A stretch of DNA of 64,000 bases from Planctomycetota bacterium (lineage in GTDB: Bacteria; Planctomycetota; UBA1135; UBA2386), in the NCBI GenBank assembly GCA_046290465.1, contig JBKAGP010000001.1, positions 3,680,001 to 3,744,000 on the forward strand. The letters run 5' to 3'. The position numbers and the translations under genes were made by a program. The notes under the pieces were generated by a model. The model saw only the letters and a program-made list of their open reading frames with translations. It had not been told where the DNA came from and made no database searches. This document shows positions 38,938 through 48,701 of the stretch, piece by piece (the stretch's first letter is position 1; every line of letters begins with the position of its first letter).

Positions 38938-40296
38938 ATGACGTCCGAGGAGCCCAACGAAAAGACCCTCCCGCCGCCGTGGGACCGCATCTTCTCGCTC
39001 GCGACCCGCACGTTCGTCTGGGCGCTGCTGATCTCGGTGCTCTACATCCTGCGGCCGTTCCTGCTGCTGGTCTTCCTGACGTTCGTGTTCGCCTACATCC
39101 AGGCGCACGGCGTCGAGGGCCTGGCGCATCGGATCAAGCACCGCGCGCTGCGCGTCGTGATCGTCGGCCTGGTGTTCCTCGGCACCCTGTTCGCGACCGG
39201 GTTCACGTTGCTGCCGCAGGTCCAGGAGCAGGCCAAGCAGTTCTTCAACAACAAGGACGTCTACATCGCGGACGCGGACAAGCAGCTCAACTCGTTCCTG
39301 TCCGAGTATCCGTCGATCTACGAGTCGCTGGCCAAGCAGAAGAAGGCGCTGGCCGAGGCCGGCGCCAACGCCGCCGGCGAGCAGCCGGCCAAGCCCGGCG
39401 AGACCGTGCTGCCGCCGGAGGAACCGGAGGTCGCTCCGGGCGAGGGGACCGTCCCGTCCGAGAAGGATGGCGACGAGCCGTCCGTCGGGGAGTCGGGCCC
39501 AGGTGCCCGGAAGAACGGAGACGGCCAGAACGGGGACGGCCAGAACGGGGACGGGCCGCCAGGAGAAGGGCAGGACGGCCAGCAGACCGAGGGCGACGAG
39601 CCCGTGAAGAAGGTCCTGCCCAACCTGCACCTGGTCCGCGACCTGGTCGACAACGTCGGCAAGTCGCTCGCCGAGAACCCGCTCGAGATCGGCCAGTCGG
39701 TGCTGACGTTCGCGTCGTCGTTCCTGCTGTCGCTGCTGTTCTCGTTCCTGATCGTGCTCGACCTGCGCAAGATCACGCGCGGCGTGAAGGGCCTGGCCAA
39801 CACCAAGATCGGCTTCATCTACGACGAGGTCGCCGACAACATCGCCGGCTTCGGCCGCGTGCTCGGCCGCGCGCTCGAGGCACAGCTGTTCATCGCGGTC
39901 TGCAACACGATCCTGACCGCGGTCTGCATCTGGATGATGGGCATCCCCAACCTGCTGGTGCTGTCCACGATCGTGTTCTTCTGCAGTTTCATCCCGGTCG
40001 TCGGCACGTTCATCAGCTCGACGCCGATCGCGCTGCTGGCGCTACAGGGCGGCGGCGTGTCCGCGATGCTGCTGGTGATCGTGCTGATCGTGGTCGTGCA
40101 CCTGGTCGAGACCTACGTGCTCAACCCGCAGATCTACGGCCACCACATGCACATGAACCCGGTGCTGGTGCTGATCGTGCTGACCATCGGCGGCAAGCTG
40201 TTCGGGATCTGGGGCCTGATCCTCGGCATCCCGATCGTCAACTACGTGTTCCGCCACGCGATCCGACACCCGGCAGAGAAACCCGCCGAGACCTGA
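38938..40296 (+). CDS. AI-2E family transporter
   Basis: TM pattern with FIPVVG, VETYVLNP and HMNPVLVL; long acidic loop insertion. Confidence 0.88.
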   Translation: MTSEEPNEKTLPPPWDRIFSLATRTFVWALLISVLYILRPFLLLVFLTFVFAYIQAHGVEGLAHRIKHRALRVVIVGLVFLGTLFATGFTLLPQVQEQAKQFFNNKDVYIADADKQLNSFLSEYPSIYESLAKQKKALAEAGANAAGEQPAKPGETVLPPEEPEVAPGEGTVPSEKDGDEPSVGESGPGARKNGDGQNGDGQNGDGPPGEGQDGQQTEGDEPVKKVLPNLHLVRDLVDNVGKSLAENPLEIGQSVLTFASSFLLSLLFSFLIVLDLRKITRGVKGLANTKIGFIYDEVADNIAGFGRVLGRALEAQLFIAVCNTILTAVCIWMMGIPNLLVLSTIVFFCSFIPVVGTFISSTPIALLALQGGGVSAMLLVIVLIVVVHLVETYVLNPQIYGHHMHMNPVLVLIVLTIGGKLFGIWGLILGIPIVNYVFRHAIRHPAEKPAET

Positions 40297-40313
40297 GCGC
40301 GAGGCGGCCGCGC

Positions 40314-41921
40314 TCAGAGGTCGTCGTCGTCGACGACCGCGACCATCTTCTCGGCCTCGATGGCGACCTGGGCCTGCGCCTCGGGCTCGAGCCGGAAGTG
40401 CTCGACGAGCTGCAGCAGCACCGCCGAGCTGTCCGACGTCTGCGACGCCGTCGAGGCCAGCTGCTCGGCACCGGCCGCGCCGGACTGGACCCCGACGTCG
40501 AAGTCGGCGAGCCGGCCGTTGAGGCCCTGCAGGTCGCCGACCTGACGCTCGGCGATCTCGCTGATCGTCTCGAGATGCCCGTCGACCTGCTCGACCGCCG
40601 CCATGACCTCCTGCAGCGTCGCCGCCAGCGAGTCCGCCATGTTGAGGCCGGCCTGTGCACGTTCGTGCGAACGCACGATGATCGCCGACGAGTTGCGCGC
40701 CGACTCGGCGCTGCGCTGCGCCAGGTTGCGCACCTCTTCGGCGACGACCGCGAAGCCCTTGCCGGCCTCGCCGGCGCGAGCCGCCTCGACGGCCGCGTTG
40801 AGCGCCAGCAGGTTGGTCTGGAAGGCGATGTCGTCGATCACCGTGGCGACCTTCTGCGCCTCGGCGCTGGCCTCCCCGATCTCCTGCATCGCCTTGCTGA
40901 GGTCCTGCATCTGGGTCCAGCTCGACGACGTCTTCTCGCGCGAGTCGGCCGCCAGGTTGCGGGCACTCGCGGTGCCCTCGACCGTCCGGGTCATCTCGCC
41001 GCTGACGGCGTCGAGCCGCTGCGCCAGTTCGCTGATGTTGCGCGCCTGCCCCACCGAGCCGTCTGCGATCAGCGAACTGCTCTGCTTCAGCGACTCGCTC
41101 TGCTGCTCCATCTCGCGGGCGGAGCCGACCACGGTCTGCAGCGACGAACGGAACTCGCGGGCGAGCCCGTTGATGGCACCTGCCAGCACGCCGATCTCGT
41201 CCTTGGTGCGCACCGGGATCTCGACGCAGAGGTTCTTCGACTGGCTGATCATCCGGACCTGCTCGACGACCTCGACGATCGGCTTGACGAACCGCCGAGA
41301 GAACAACGCGGCGTAGCCGAGCATCAGCACCAGCGCGATGCCGAACACGATGAAGCCAGCGCGCGTCGGCAGGTCGCGCACCGCGCGCTCGACCTCGGAC
41401 GCCGTCTGGATCTCGGTGTTCATCTTGACCGCGAGCTTCGACAGCGCCTCGGTCAGCCCGCCGAGCGCGTCCTCGGCGAACATCGAGTGCTCCTCGATGC
41501 CCTCCGCATCCGCCGCGGCGATCGACTTGGCGCAGGCATCGACCTCGGGGTCGACCTCGGCCCGCTTCGCCACGACGTCGGCGCGGAACTCGGCGATGCC
41601 TTCGAGGTTCTCGGGAGCGTCGAGCACCGTGCCGACCTGACCCCACAGCTCATCGAGGTAGACGCGCGCGACCTCGAACTTCGACGCCGGCTTGTCGGCC
41701 TCCGGGATCTCGAGCAGCGCCGCACGCGCGGCGATCAGCGACTCGTTCGCTCGCTGGCTGGCCTGGCTGACCGTCACGGCATTGTCGAGCCAGACGGCCG
41801 CCTTCGTCATGCGACCGATGTAGTGCTCCGTGGTGAGCAGCTGCACCAGTTGGAACAGCAGCGCAGCCGCGAACGCCACGAATAGCTTGGAACGGATCTT
41901 CAACCTGGGCCTCTCTTGCAC
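40314..41921 (-). CDS. Transmembrane methyl-accepting chemotaxis protein
   Basis: TM1, helical sensor, TM2, HAMP (TKDEIGVLA) and [34 protein letters not shown]. Confidence 0.93.
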   Translation of the reverse strand: MQERPRLKIRSKLFVAFAAALLFQLVQLLTTEHYIGRMTKAAVWLDNAVTVSQASQRANESLIAARAALLEIPEADKPASKFEVARVYLDELWGQVGTVLDAPENLEGIAEFRADVVAKRAEVDPEVDACAKSIAAADAEGIEEHSMFAEDALGGLTEALSKLAVKMNTEIQTASEVERAVRDLPTRAGFIVFGIALVLMLGYAALFSRRFVKPIVEVVEQVRMISQSKNLCVEIPVRTKDEIGVLAGAINGLAREFRSSLQTVVGSAREMEQQSESLKQSSSLIADGSVGQARNISELAQRLDAVSGEMTRTVEGTASARNLAADSREKTSSSWTQMQDLSKAMQEIGEASAEAQKVATVIDDIAFQTNLLALNAAVEAARAGEAGKGFAVVAEEVRNLAQRSAESARNSSAIIVRSHERAQAGLNMADSLAATLQEVMAAVEQVDGHLETISEIAERQVGDLQGLNGRLADFDVGVQSGAAGAEQLASTASQTSDSSAVLLQLVEHFRLEPEAQAQVAIEAEKMVAVVDDDDL

Positions 41922-42007
41922 CGCTCATCGACCGCGTGCGACTGCCAGCTGTCCCCGAGTCGCGACCGCGCCTTGCCGCGGTCGCTTCGGGTTCGTCCGG
42001 AGACGCG

Positions 42008-42094
42008 CTAGCGGGCAAAGCCCCGTCCGCACGCGTACTCGCCGCTTCCGCGATCACGGTCGGCAGCGCGTCCACTACATGGACGCGCTCCTAG
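42008..42094. repeat. 87-bp CTAG-bounded element, copy 2
   Basis: Near-identical to 22396-22482; its terminal CTAG provides the TAG stop of 42091-42531. Confidence 0.92.
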
Positions 42095-42531
42095 AAGCGG
42101 CAGAGGATCTTGACGCCCTTGGCCTTCTCGGCGTCCTCGATCTTCACGATGCCGAGCGCGCCTTCGTACTTGGCGACGTACTTCAGCACCATGCGCCCAG
42201 AACGGACGTCCTTGGGCGGGGTCGTGCCGTTGAGGTTCTTCATCTTCAGCCAGTGGCGCGCGAGCTCGGCATCGTCCATGCCGAGCACGTCCTTGCGGAA
42301 CGCGTCGAACGCCTCCCCCTTCTTGCGGCCGTAGGGCTTGGCGGCGTCGCCGTTGGGCCACTTCGACAGCTCCTTGAGGAACAGCTTCTTGACGGTGCTC
42401 TTGGCCTTGTCGCCCGTGTCCTTGCAGGCGTTCTTCTCGTTGACGACGACCGCGTAGGTCGCCTTGCCCTGCGAGGGCACCGCGACGGCGGCGGCCAGCA
42501 TCAGGGAGGTCAGGATGGCGAGTTGGAACAT
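42091..42531 (-). CDS. Small periplasmic binding-protein-like protein (single-lobe PstS-like family)
   Basis: Signal peptide; AVVVN, KLFL...KWPNG, F...VLG, PP and VA...GALGIV. Confidence 0.75.
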   Translation of the reverse strand: MFQLAILTSLMLAAAVAVPSQGKATYAVVVNEKNACKDTGDKAKSTVKKLFLKELSKWPNGDAAKPYGRKKGEAFDAFRKDVLGMDDAELARHWLKMKNLNGTTPPKDVRSGRMVLKYVAKYEGALGIVKIEDAEKAKGVKILCRF

Positions 42532-42560
42532 GATGGGTTCTCCTTGGATCCTCTGGTCGA

Positions 42561-43790
42561 TCAGAAGCTGAGCGACCAGCTGAAGTTCGCGTACTGCACC
42601 GTGTCGTCCGTGTTCGGCAGGTTGTTGTGGTGCAGGTCGAGACGCAGGCGCACGTTCGGGTGCGGGTTGTAGGTCACGCCAAGCACGTGCTCGGTCGAGT
42701 GGCCGAGCGCGAGGATCGGCATGCCGGGGAAGAACACGTTCATGTCCGCGCCCGGGTCGTAGAAGTCGTAGCGGTAGGTGACGCCCCACTCCGAGTCGAC
42801 CCAGTAGGTCGCCTCGGCCGACAGCGCGCGCTGGTCGGTGACGCCGACGCCGTCCTCGGCGCTGTAGTAGGCCTCACCCTTGAACATGAAGTCGCCGGTG
42901 CGCCAGTCGACGTCGATGCCGCCGAACTGGTAGCCGCGCGTCAGGTTGAACGAGGCCGCGAACGGCGACTGCAGGATGCCGAAGTTGGTCGTCGGCGAGG
43001 TCGAGCCGGCGCGGGTGCCCTGGCCGAAGTTGGCGGCCACCGTCAGGCCGAGTTCGCCGAACGCGTAGCCGACGCGCACGCCACCGGAGCCGACGCCGGC
43101 CGAACTCGACCCGCTGCCGAAGTAGGCGTCGTACTCGATCCAGTCGCTGTCGCCGACCGTGTACTTGCCCGACGCCTTCAGGCCGTTGATGACCTGCGGG
43201 TAGAGCTGGTTGGCGAGGAAGATGCGGGTGTGCAGCGGGTTGGCCGCGATCGTGCGCGACGGGATGAAGTACTCCCGGTTCTGCACGCCGTGCGGCGTGC
43301 CGATGACGCCGCCCTGCAGGATCAGTCGGTCGCTCGGCTTCCACTCACCGTAGATGCGCGACACGAACAGGTTCTCGGTGCTCGACGTGTCCGCGATGAA
43401 CGTCGGATCGCCCGCCGTCGTCGGCGTCGCCGGGTTGTCCAGCAGCGCGCCGTTGAACGTGTAGAAGCCCGGCGCCGCGAACAGCGACCATTCGTCGTTG
43501 AGCTTGGCCTTCACGAACAGCTCGATCAGGCTGACCATGTGGCCGGTATCGCTCGACGACTCACCCTCGATGTGGGTGAACAGCGACGTGACGTGGCCGC
43601 CGAGGGTCAGCGACCCCGCGGAGAACGCGTTCACGACCGTGCCGGTGACCTTCTCCGAGGTCTCGAGCTGCTGCTCTTCGATCTCGTCGAGGCGCTCGTT
43701 GAGCTCCTCGATGGCCGACTTCCATTCCTGGGCCAAGGCTGCTGGCGCGAACGCGCACACGACGGCCAACGAAAGGGGGATTCTGCTCAT
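42561..43790 (-). CDS. Outer-membrane porin-like beta-barrel
   Basis: Signal peptide, short coiled coil, amphipathic beta strands and C-terminal FSWSLSF. Confidence 0.8.
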   Translation of the reverse strand: MSRIPLSLAVVCAFAPAALAQEWKSAIEELNERLDEIEEQQLETSEKVTGTVVNAFSAGSLTLGGHVTSLFTHIEGESSSDTGHMVSLIELFVKAKLNDEWSLFAAPGFYTFNGALLDNPATPTTAGDPTFIADTSSTENLFVSRIYGEWKPSDRLILQGGVIGTPHGVQNREYFIPSRTIAANPLHTRIFLANQLYPQVINGLKASGKYTVGDSDWIEYDAYFGSGSSSAGVGSGGVRVGYAFGELGLTVAANFGQGTRAGSTSPTTNFGILQSPFAASFNLTRGYQFGGIDVDWRTGDFMFKGEAYYSAEDGVGVTDQRALSAEATYWVDSEWGVTYRYDFYDPGADMNVFFPGMPILALGHSTEHVLGVTYNPHPNVRLRLDLHHNNLPNTDDTVQYANFSWSLSF

Positions 43791-43916
43791 GGTCGTTTTC
43801 CTGGGGGGAACGAGTAGTGGCACGCGCCACCTCTCCGGCGCCTGCTGGATTCCCCCATCGAAACGATGGCAAGGCGGCTTGAGCAGAATGCCGCCGTAGC
43901 GCAATGACGCGCCGGC

Positions 43917-44708
43917 TCAGACGACCGTCAGTGGGTCGCGATCTCCCTTCGCCACACGCACTTGCAGCGCCTTGCCGAACTCGGCGGTGAGCCGCTTGCC
44001 GAGCAGGCGGAGGAACCCGCGCTCGGTGTTGCTGTGACCGGCGAGGATGACGGATGTCCCTGAGGCCACCGCCGCGAGCGCGTCGTGGTGCGACATCTCG
44101 CCGGTGACGTAGACGTCCGCTTGCACCCCGCGCAGCACCCCGCTGCCGGCGCCGGCCGCGACCGCGATCGACCGCACCTTGCCGGGCGGCTTCGCCGGGC
44201 GCGCGACCTGCAGGTGCTCGACGCCGAACTGCTCCTTGAGCCGTTCGACCAGCGCCGACCAGGAGATCGCCTTCGACAGCTCGGCGAGGCGGCCGTAGCC
44301 GTCCCCGACCGCGTGCACGGCTTCGGGGACGGTGTCGCCGAGCGCGCCTTCGATCAGCCAGTCGGCCAGGCCCGCGGGCGCCGCGTCGAGCGCGGTGTGC
44401 GGCGAGTAGACCGAGAACCCGGCCAGCAGCGCTCGCACGACGCGGCGCTGCGTGGCGTCGGCGGCGTCGAGCTTCGCCATCGGCTTGAAGATCGGCGGAT
44501 GGTACGAGAGCACCAGGTCAGCGCCGAACGCCTCCGCCTCGGCGACCACCGCCTCGGTCAGGTCGATCGTCAGCAGGCACTTGCCGATCTGGTCGCGGCC
44601 GACGTCGGAACGCAGCAGCAGGCCGACGTTGTCCCACTCGGCGGCGAGCTCGAGCGGCGCGATCTCGTGGAGCAGGTCGAGGACTTCGGCGAGGGTCGGT
44701 GCGGCCAT
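43917..44708 (-). CDS. Nif3-like dinuclear metal protein
   Basis: AEWDNVGL, YHPPIF, HTALD, TGEMSHH and GHSNTER. Confidence 0.92.
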   Translation of the reverse strand: MAAPTLAEVLDLLHEIAPLELAAEWDNVGLLLRSDVGRDQIGKCLLTIDLTEAVVAEAEAFGADLVLSYHPPIFKPMAKLDAADATQRRVVRALLAGFSVYSPHTALDAAPAGLADWLIEGALGDTVPEAVHAVGDGYGRLAELSKAISWSALVERLKEQFGVEHLQVARPAKPPGKVRSIAVAAGAGSGVLRGVQADVYVTGEMSHHDALAAVASGTSVILAGHSNTERGFLRLLGKRLTAEFGKALQVRVAKGDRDPLTVV

Positions 44709-44710
44709 GA

Positions 44711-45961
44711 TCAGGAGGCGCCGGCGCTGACGACGGTCAGGCGGTCGGGGTGCAGGTGGCGTTCGGCGACCTCGCGCACATCCTCGACCGAGATCGACCG
44801 CACCAGGTCCGGGTAGCGCTCGACGAAGTCGAAGCCGAGGTCGAAGCGCCGTGCGCGGATCGCGTAGGCGGCGAGGTTGCTGTTCCGTTCGAGGGCGAAC
44901 ACGAAGCTGCCGGTCAGGTAGTCCTTGACGTCCTGTAGTTCGCTCTCGCTCGGCGGCTCCTCGCGGATCCGGCGGATCTCGGCGAGGAACCCGTCGACGG
45001 CCTTCTCGCGGTTCACCGGCTGGGTGCCGATGTAGGCGGTGAAGGTGCCGGGTTCCTCACCGGCGCTGCCGGCGATGCCGGCGCTGACCGCGTAGCAGAG
45101 GCCCATCTCGTCGCGCAGCTTGCGCGAGCACCGCGACGTGAAGCCGGGGCCCGAGCCGAGGATGTGGTCCATCACCGACAGCTTGTAGAAGTCGGGGTCG
45201 GTGCGGCGCACACCCTTGTGCCCGAGGAACACGTGCACCTGCTCGCGCGCCATCGGGATGTGTTCGTCGCTGGCCTTGCCGAGCTCGACCTCGGGGAACG
45301 GCGCGTGCTCCGGCGCCTTGCCGCGCAGCCCGCGGAATGCGCGCTCGAGGCGGTCGAGCATCTCGTCGGACTCGAACGGACCGGACGCCGCGATGTAGCC
45401 GCCGGCCGGACGGAACCAGGTATCGTGGTAGTCGCGCAGGTGCTTGGGCTTGATCGCGGCGACGCTGTCGAGCGTGCCCTGCATCGCACGGCCGAGCACG
45501 TGCTTGCCGTAGATCCGGCTGCGGAACCGGCGCGCCGCGACGGTGCGCGGGTCGTCGAGTTCGGCCTGCATCTCGGTCAGCACCTCGGACTGCACGCGAC
45601 GCACCTCGCGACCGGGAAAGCTCGGCTCGAGCACCAGCTGGCGCAGCAGGTCGGTGGCCTTCTTCTGCGACGGCGCCGGACAGACCAGCGCACCGCCGCG
45701 GTGGTTGCCTTCGAGCACCGCGCCGAGTTCTTCGGCCGCCGCCGACAGGCCGAGCGCGTCGTAGCGCGCGGTGCCCTCGTCGAGGCACTCGCCGACCATG
45801 TTGGCGACGCCGGGCAGCTTCGGGGGATCGTCGGCGACGCGGGTGTCGAGGGACACCGCGCACGCGAACGTCTGCACGCCGGGGTTGTGCACCGCCAGCA
45901 GCGTCAGCCCGTTCTTGAGCTTGCGCTCGCCGATGGAGAGACGAATGGCCTGCTTGCTCAC
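44711..45961 (-). CDS. M16 peptidase, non-catalytic subunit
   Basis: M16 fold motifs without HxxEH; SR...LRDEMGLCY. Confidence 0.88.
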   Translation of the reverse strand: MSKQAIRLSIGERKLKNGLTLLAVHNPGVQTFACAVSLDTRVADDPPKLPGVANMVGECLDEGTARYDALGLSAAAEELGAVLEGNHRGGALVCPAPSQKKATDLLRQLVLEPSFPGREVRRVQSEVLTEMQAELDDPRTVAARRFRSRIYGKHVLGRAMQGTLDSVAAIKPKHLRDYHDTWFRPAGGYIAASGPFESDEMLDRLERAFRGLRGKAPEHAPFPEVELGKASDEHIPMAREQVHVFLGHKGVRRTDPDFYKLSVMDHILGSGPGFTSRCSRKLRDEMGLCYAVSAGIAGSAGEEPGTFTAYIGTQPVNREKAVDGFLAEIRRIREEPPSESELQDVKDYLTGSFVFALERNSNLAAYAIRARRFDLGFDFVERYPDLVRSISVEDVREVAERHLHPDRLTVVSAGAS

Positions 45962-47457
45962 GACTTCCTGCGCCCCGCCTTGGCCTTCTTCGCGGCCTTC
46001 TTGACCGTCTTGGTGGTCGACTTGTTGGCGACCGACTTGCGGGTCGCAACCTTTTTCGAGGTGCCCTTCCGGGTGACCCGCTTGGCCGCGCCCTTCTTGC
46101 CGGGCGCCTTCCTTCCGGTCGCCTTCTTGCCGGGCGCCTTCTTGCCGGGCGCCTTCTTCGCCGGACGGCGCGCGGCCGGCCCGGCCTCGCCGGGCCCGCC
46201 CATCGGCACCGCCCAGGCGATCGACGCGCGGTCGAACCGGAAGAACTTCGCCGCCACCTCACGCAGCTCGTCGTTGGCCATCGACTCGTAGGTCGGCAGC
46301 ACGTCGCCGAGCGTCCGGTAGCCGTCGGGCGTGCCGGCCTCGAAGCGAGCCAGCTTCATCGCGAGGTCGTGCGCCGTCTCGTCCTGGAACAGGAACGACG
46401 ACTCGATCTGCGTGCGGATGCGGCGCAGGTCGCGCGCCTTGATGCCGTCGGCGATCAGGCCGGCGAACTCCTCGCGGATCGCGCGCTCGACCTTGTCGGG
46501 GTTCTTGCCCGGGTGCAGCTCGCACATGACGAAGAAGCCGCCCGGATCCTGGCGCACTTCGTTCAACGCCATCACCTCCGAACAGAGCCGGTCGTCGAGC
46601 ACCAGCCGGCGGTAGAGACGGCTGTTCTTGCTGTTGCCGAGCTCCATCGCCAGCAGGTCCAACGCGTAGTCGTCGCGCTCGCCCATGCGGCAGGTCGGGA
46701 ACCCGAGGCACAGGCGGGTGACGCTGTGCGGGCTCTGGATGGTGACGCGACGTTCGCCAGCCGGCTCCGGTTCGCGGATCGCCACGGCGCGGTCGGCGAC
46801 CCGCGGCATGTCGCCGAACAGCTGCTCGATGCGTTGGCGCGTGCGCTTGCGGTCGATCGCGCCGACGACCGTCAGGCAGGCCCGGTTGGGGCCGTAGTGC
46901 CGTTCGTAGTAGTCGCGCATGCCGCCAACCGACAGCCGCTCGAGCTCCTCGCGGTAGCCGATGATCGGGTGGTGGTACGGGTGCACCTGGAACATCGTCG
47001 CCTCGACCGCCTGGTAGAGCGGCCGCCACGGCTCGTCCTCGCCCATCGCCAGCTCTTCGAGCACGACGCCCTTCTCGCTCTGGAACTCGGCCGGGTCGAG
47101 CAGGCAGTCGCGCATCCGGCTCGCCTCGATCTCGAGCGCCGTCTCCCAGCGATCCGACGCCAGCGAGAAGTAGTAGGCGGTGCTGTCGGTGTCGGTGAAG
47201 GCGTTGTTGCTGCCGCCCATCTTGCTGGTCTGCAGGTCGATCTGCCCCTTCCCGAACTTGTCGGTGCCCTTGAACATCATGTGTTCGAGGAAGTGGGACA
47301 CGCCGGTCTCGCCGGTCCGCTCGTCGCGCGAGCCGACCTGGTACCAACAGACCGAGGTGACGACCGGCAGCGGCCCTCGCTCGACCAGCAACGCGCGGAA
47401 GCCGTTGTCGAGTTCGACGACGTCGACGTCCGGCAACATCTGGATGTCCAATTTCAT
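45958..47457 (-). CDS. M16 zinc peptidase, catalytic subunit with a Lys/Ala-rich tail
   Basis: HFLEHMMFKGT and NAFT; C-terminal KKAPG repeats. Confidence 0.92.
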   Translation of the reverse strand: MKLDIQMLPDVDVVELDNGFRALLVERGPLPVVTSVCWYQVGSRDERTGETGVSHFLEHMMFKGTDKFGKGQIDLQTSKMGGSNNAFTDTDSTAYYFSLASDRWETALEIEASRMRDCLLDPAEFQSEKGVVLEELAMGEDEPWRPLYQAVEATMFQVHPYHHPIIGYREELERLSVGGMRDYYERHYGPNRACLTVVGAIDRKRTRQRIEQLFGDMPRVADRAVAIREPEPAGERRVTIQSPHSVTRLCLGFPTCRMGERDDYALDLLAMELGNSKNSRLYRRLVLDDRLCSEVMALNEVRQDPGGFFVMCELHPGKNPDKVERAIREEFAGLIADGIKARDLRRIRTQIESSFLFQDETAHDLAMKLARFEAGTPDGYRTLGDVLPTYESMANDELREVAAKFFRFDRASIAWAVPMGGPGEAGPAARRPAKKAPGKKAPGKKATGRKAPGKKGAAKRVTRKGTSKKVATRKSVANKSTTKTVKKAAKKAKAGRRKS

Positions 47458-47465
47458 CGGCGCAG

Positions 47466-48701
47466 CTATCTACGGCGGGTGGTCCTGGTGGCCCTGCGGC
47501 GGCTCGCCGGCTTCGGCGGCAGCGGCTTGCGGCCCGCCTTGGCGAACTTGCGGGTCTTGTTGCGGGCGGTCGGCTTCGGCTCCGGCGGCGCATCGTCGAA
47601 GACGTCCTCGCTGCGCGCGAGTTCGCGCAGCCGCGCCACCTCGTCGAGCTGCAGGAAGCGCCAGTCGCCGTCGCCGAGACCGTGCAGCGTCAGGTTGCCG
47701 ATGCGCACGCGCTTCAGTGAAGCGACCGGATAGCCGAGCTTGGCGAACACGCGGCGGATCTCGCGGTTCTTGCCCTCGCGCAGCGTCACCTTGAGGTAGG
47801 TGCGGTCCTTGGTCATGCGGTCGACCTTGAGCTGCATGCCGCCGGTCGGGCCTTCGGACAGCCAGACGCCGCCGCGCGCCTTGTCGAGGTGGCCGTCCTC
47901 GATGCGGCCGCGCACGATCACCGAGTAGAGCTTGCCGATGCCGTAGCTCGGGTGCGTCATCTCCTGCGCGAAGGCGCCGTCGTTGGTCACCAGCAGCAGG
48001 CCCTCGGAGTCCATGTCGAGGCGACCGACCGTGAACACGCGACCGCGGATCGTCGGCAGCAGGTCGACCACGCGCTTCTTCTGCTCGTGCGCCGCGTTGG
48101 TGCAGACGACGCCCTTGGGCTTGTTGAGCAGCACGTAGACGGCCTTCTCCGGCTGCAGGCGCGTGCCGTCGAAGCGCACATCGTCGGCCAGCGGATCGAC
48201 GCGCACGCCGAGTTCGGTGACGACCTCGCCGTTGAGCTCGACGCGTCCGGTCGCGATCAGTTCGTCGGCGTTGCGGCGGCTGCAGACGCCGGCCTTGGCC
48301 AGGAAGTGGTTGAGCCGCACCTTGCCGTCGGCGGTCCGGCTCTCGCCATCGAACACGCTGCTCTTCTTGACGATCAGGCCTTCGGCGCGGCGCGCGCTGC
48401 CGCGCACCGGCGCGCGCTTGCCCGTCTTCTTCCGGGCCGTGCGGACCTCGGCAGCGCGCTCCATCGCGCGCGTCAGCTTGGTGCTGACCCGCTTCTGCGC
48501 CTTGCGCTTGGGTGCCCCGTCGTCGTCGTCGGCCTTGCGGCCGAGCTTCGCGAACGGCTTCTTCGCGACCTTCTTGCCCGCACGCGGCTTCTTGCCGCCA
48601 GCGGGTTTGCCAGCGGGTTTGCCAGCAGGCTTGTCGGTCGACGCCTTGCCCGCCCGGCTGAATCGTTGGCCGGGCTTCCTGTCTTCGTGTCGCTTCGCCA
48701 T
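47466..48701 (-). CDS. rluB: rRNA pseudouridine synthase (RluB/RsuA family) with basic extensions
   Basis: S4 domain RLNHFLAKAGVCSRR, NKPKG, VGRLDMDSEGLLL and EGKNREIRR. Confidence 0.88.
   Translation of the reverse strand: MAKRHEDRKPGQRFSRAGKASTDKPAGKPAGKPAGGKKPRAGKKVAKKPFAKLGRKADDDDGAPKRKAQKRVSTKLTRAMERAAEVRTARKKTGKRAPVRGSARRAEGLIVKKSSVFDGESRTADGKVRLNHFLAKAGVCSRRNADELIATGRVELNGEVVTELGVRVDPLADDVRFDGTRLQPEKAVYVLLNKPKGVVCTNAAHEQKKRVVDLLPTIRGRVFTVGRLDMDSEGLLLVTNDGAFAQEMTHPSYGIGKLYSVIVRGRIEDGHLDKARGGVWLSEGPTGGMQLKVDRMTKDRTYLKVTLREGKNREIRRVFAKLGYPVASLKRVRIGNLTLHGLGDGDWRFLQLDEVARLRELARSEDVFDDAPPEPKPTARNKTRKFAKAGRKPLPPKPASRRRATRTTRRR

Noticed and set aside
35223..41885. 2220-aa plus-strand ORF
   Set aside because: Shadow frame. 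It is antisense to the ASPIC and MCP genes and out of frame over the AI-2E gene, with R/A/V-rich composition typical of high-GC non-coding frames.
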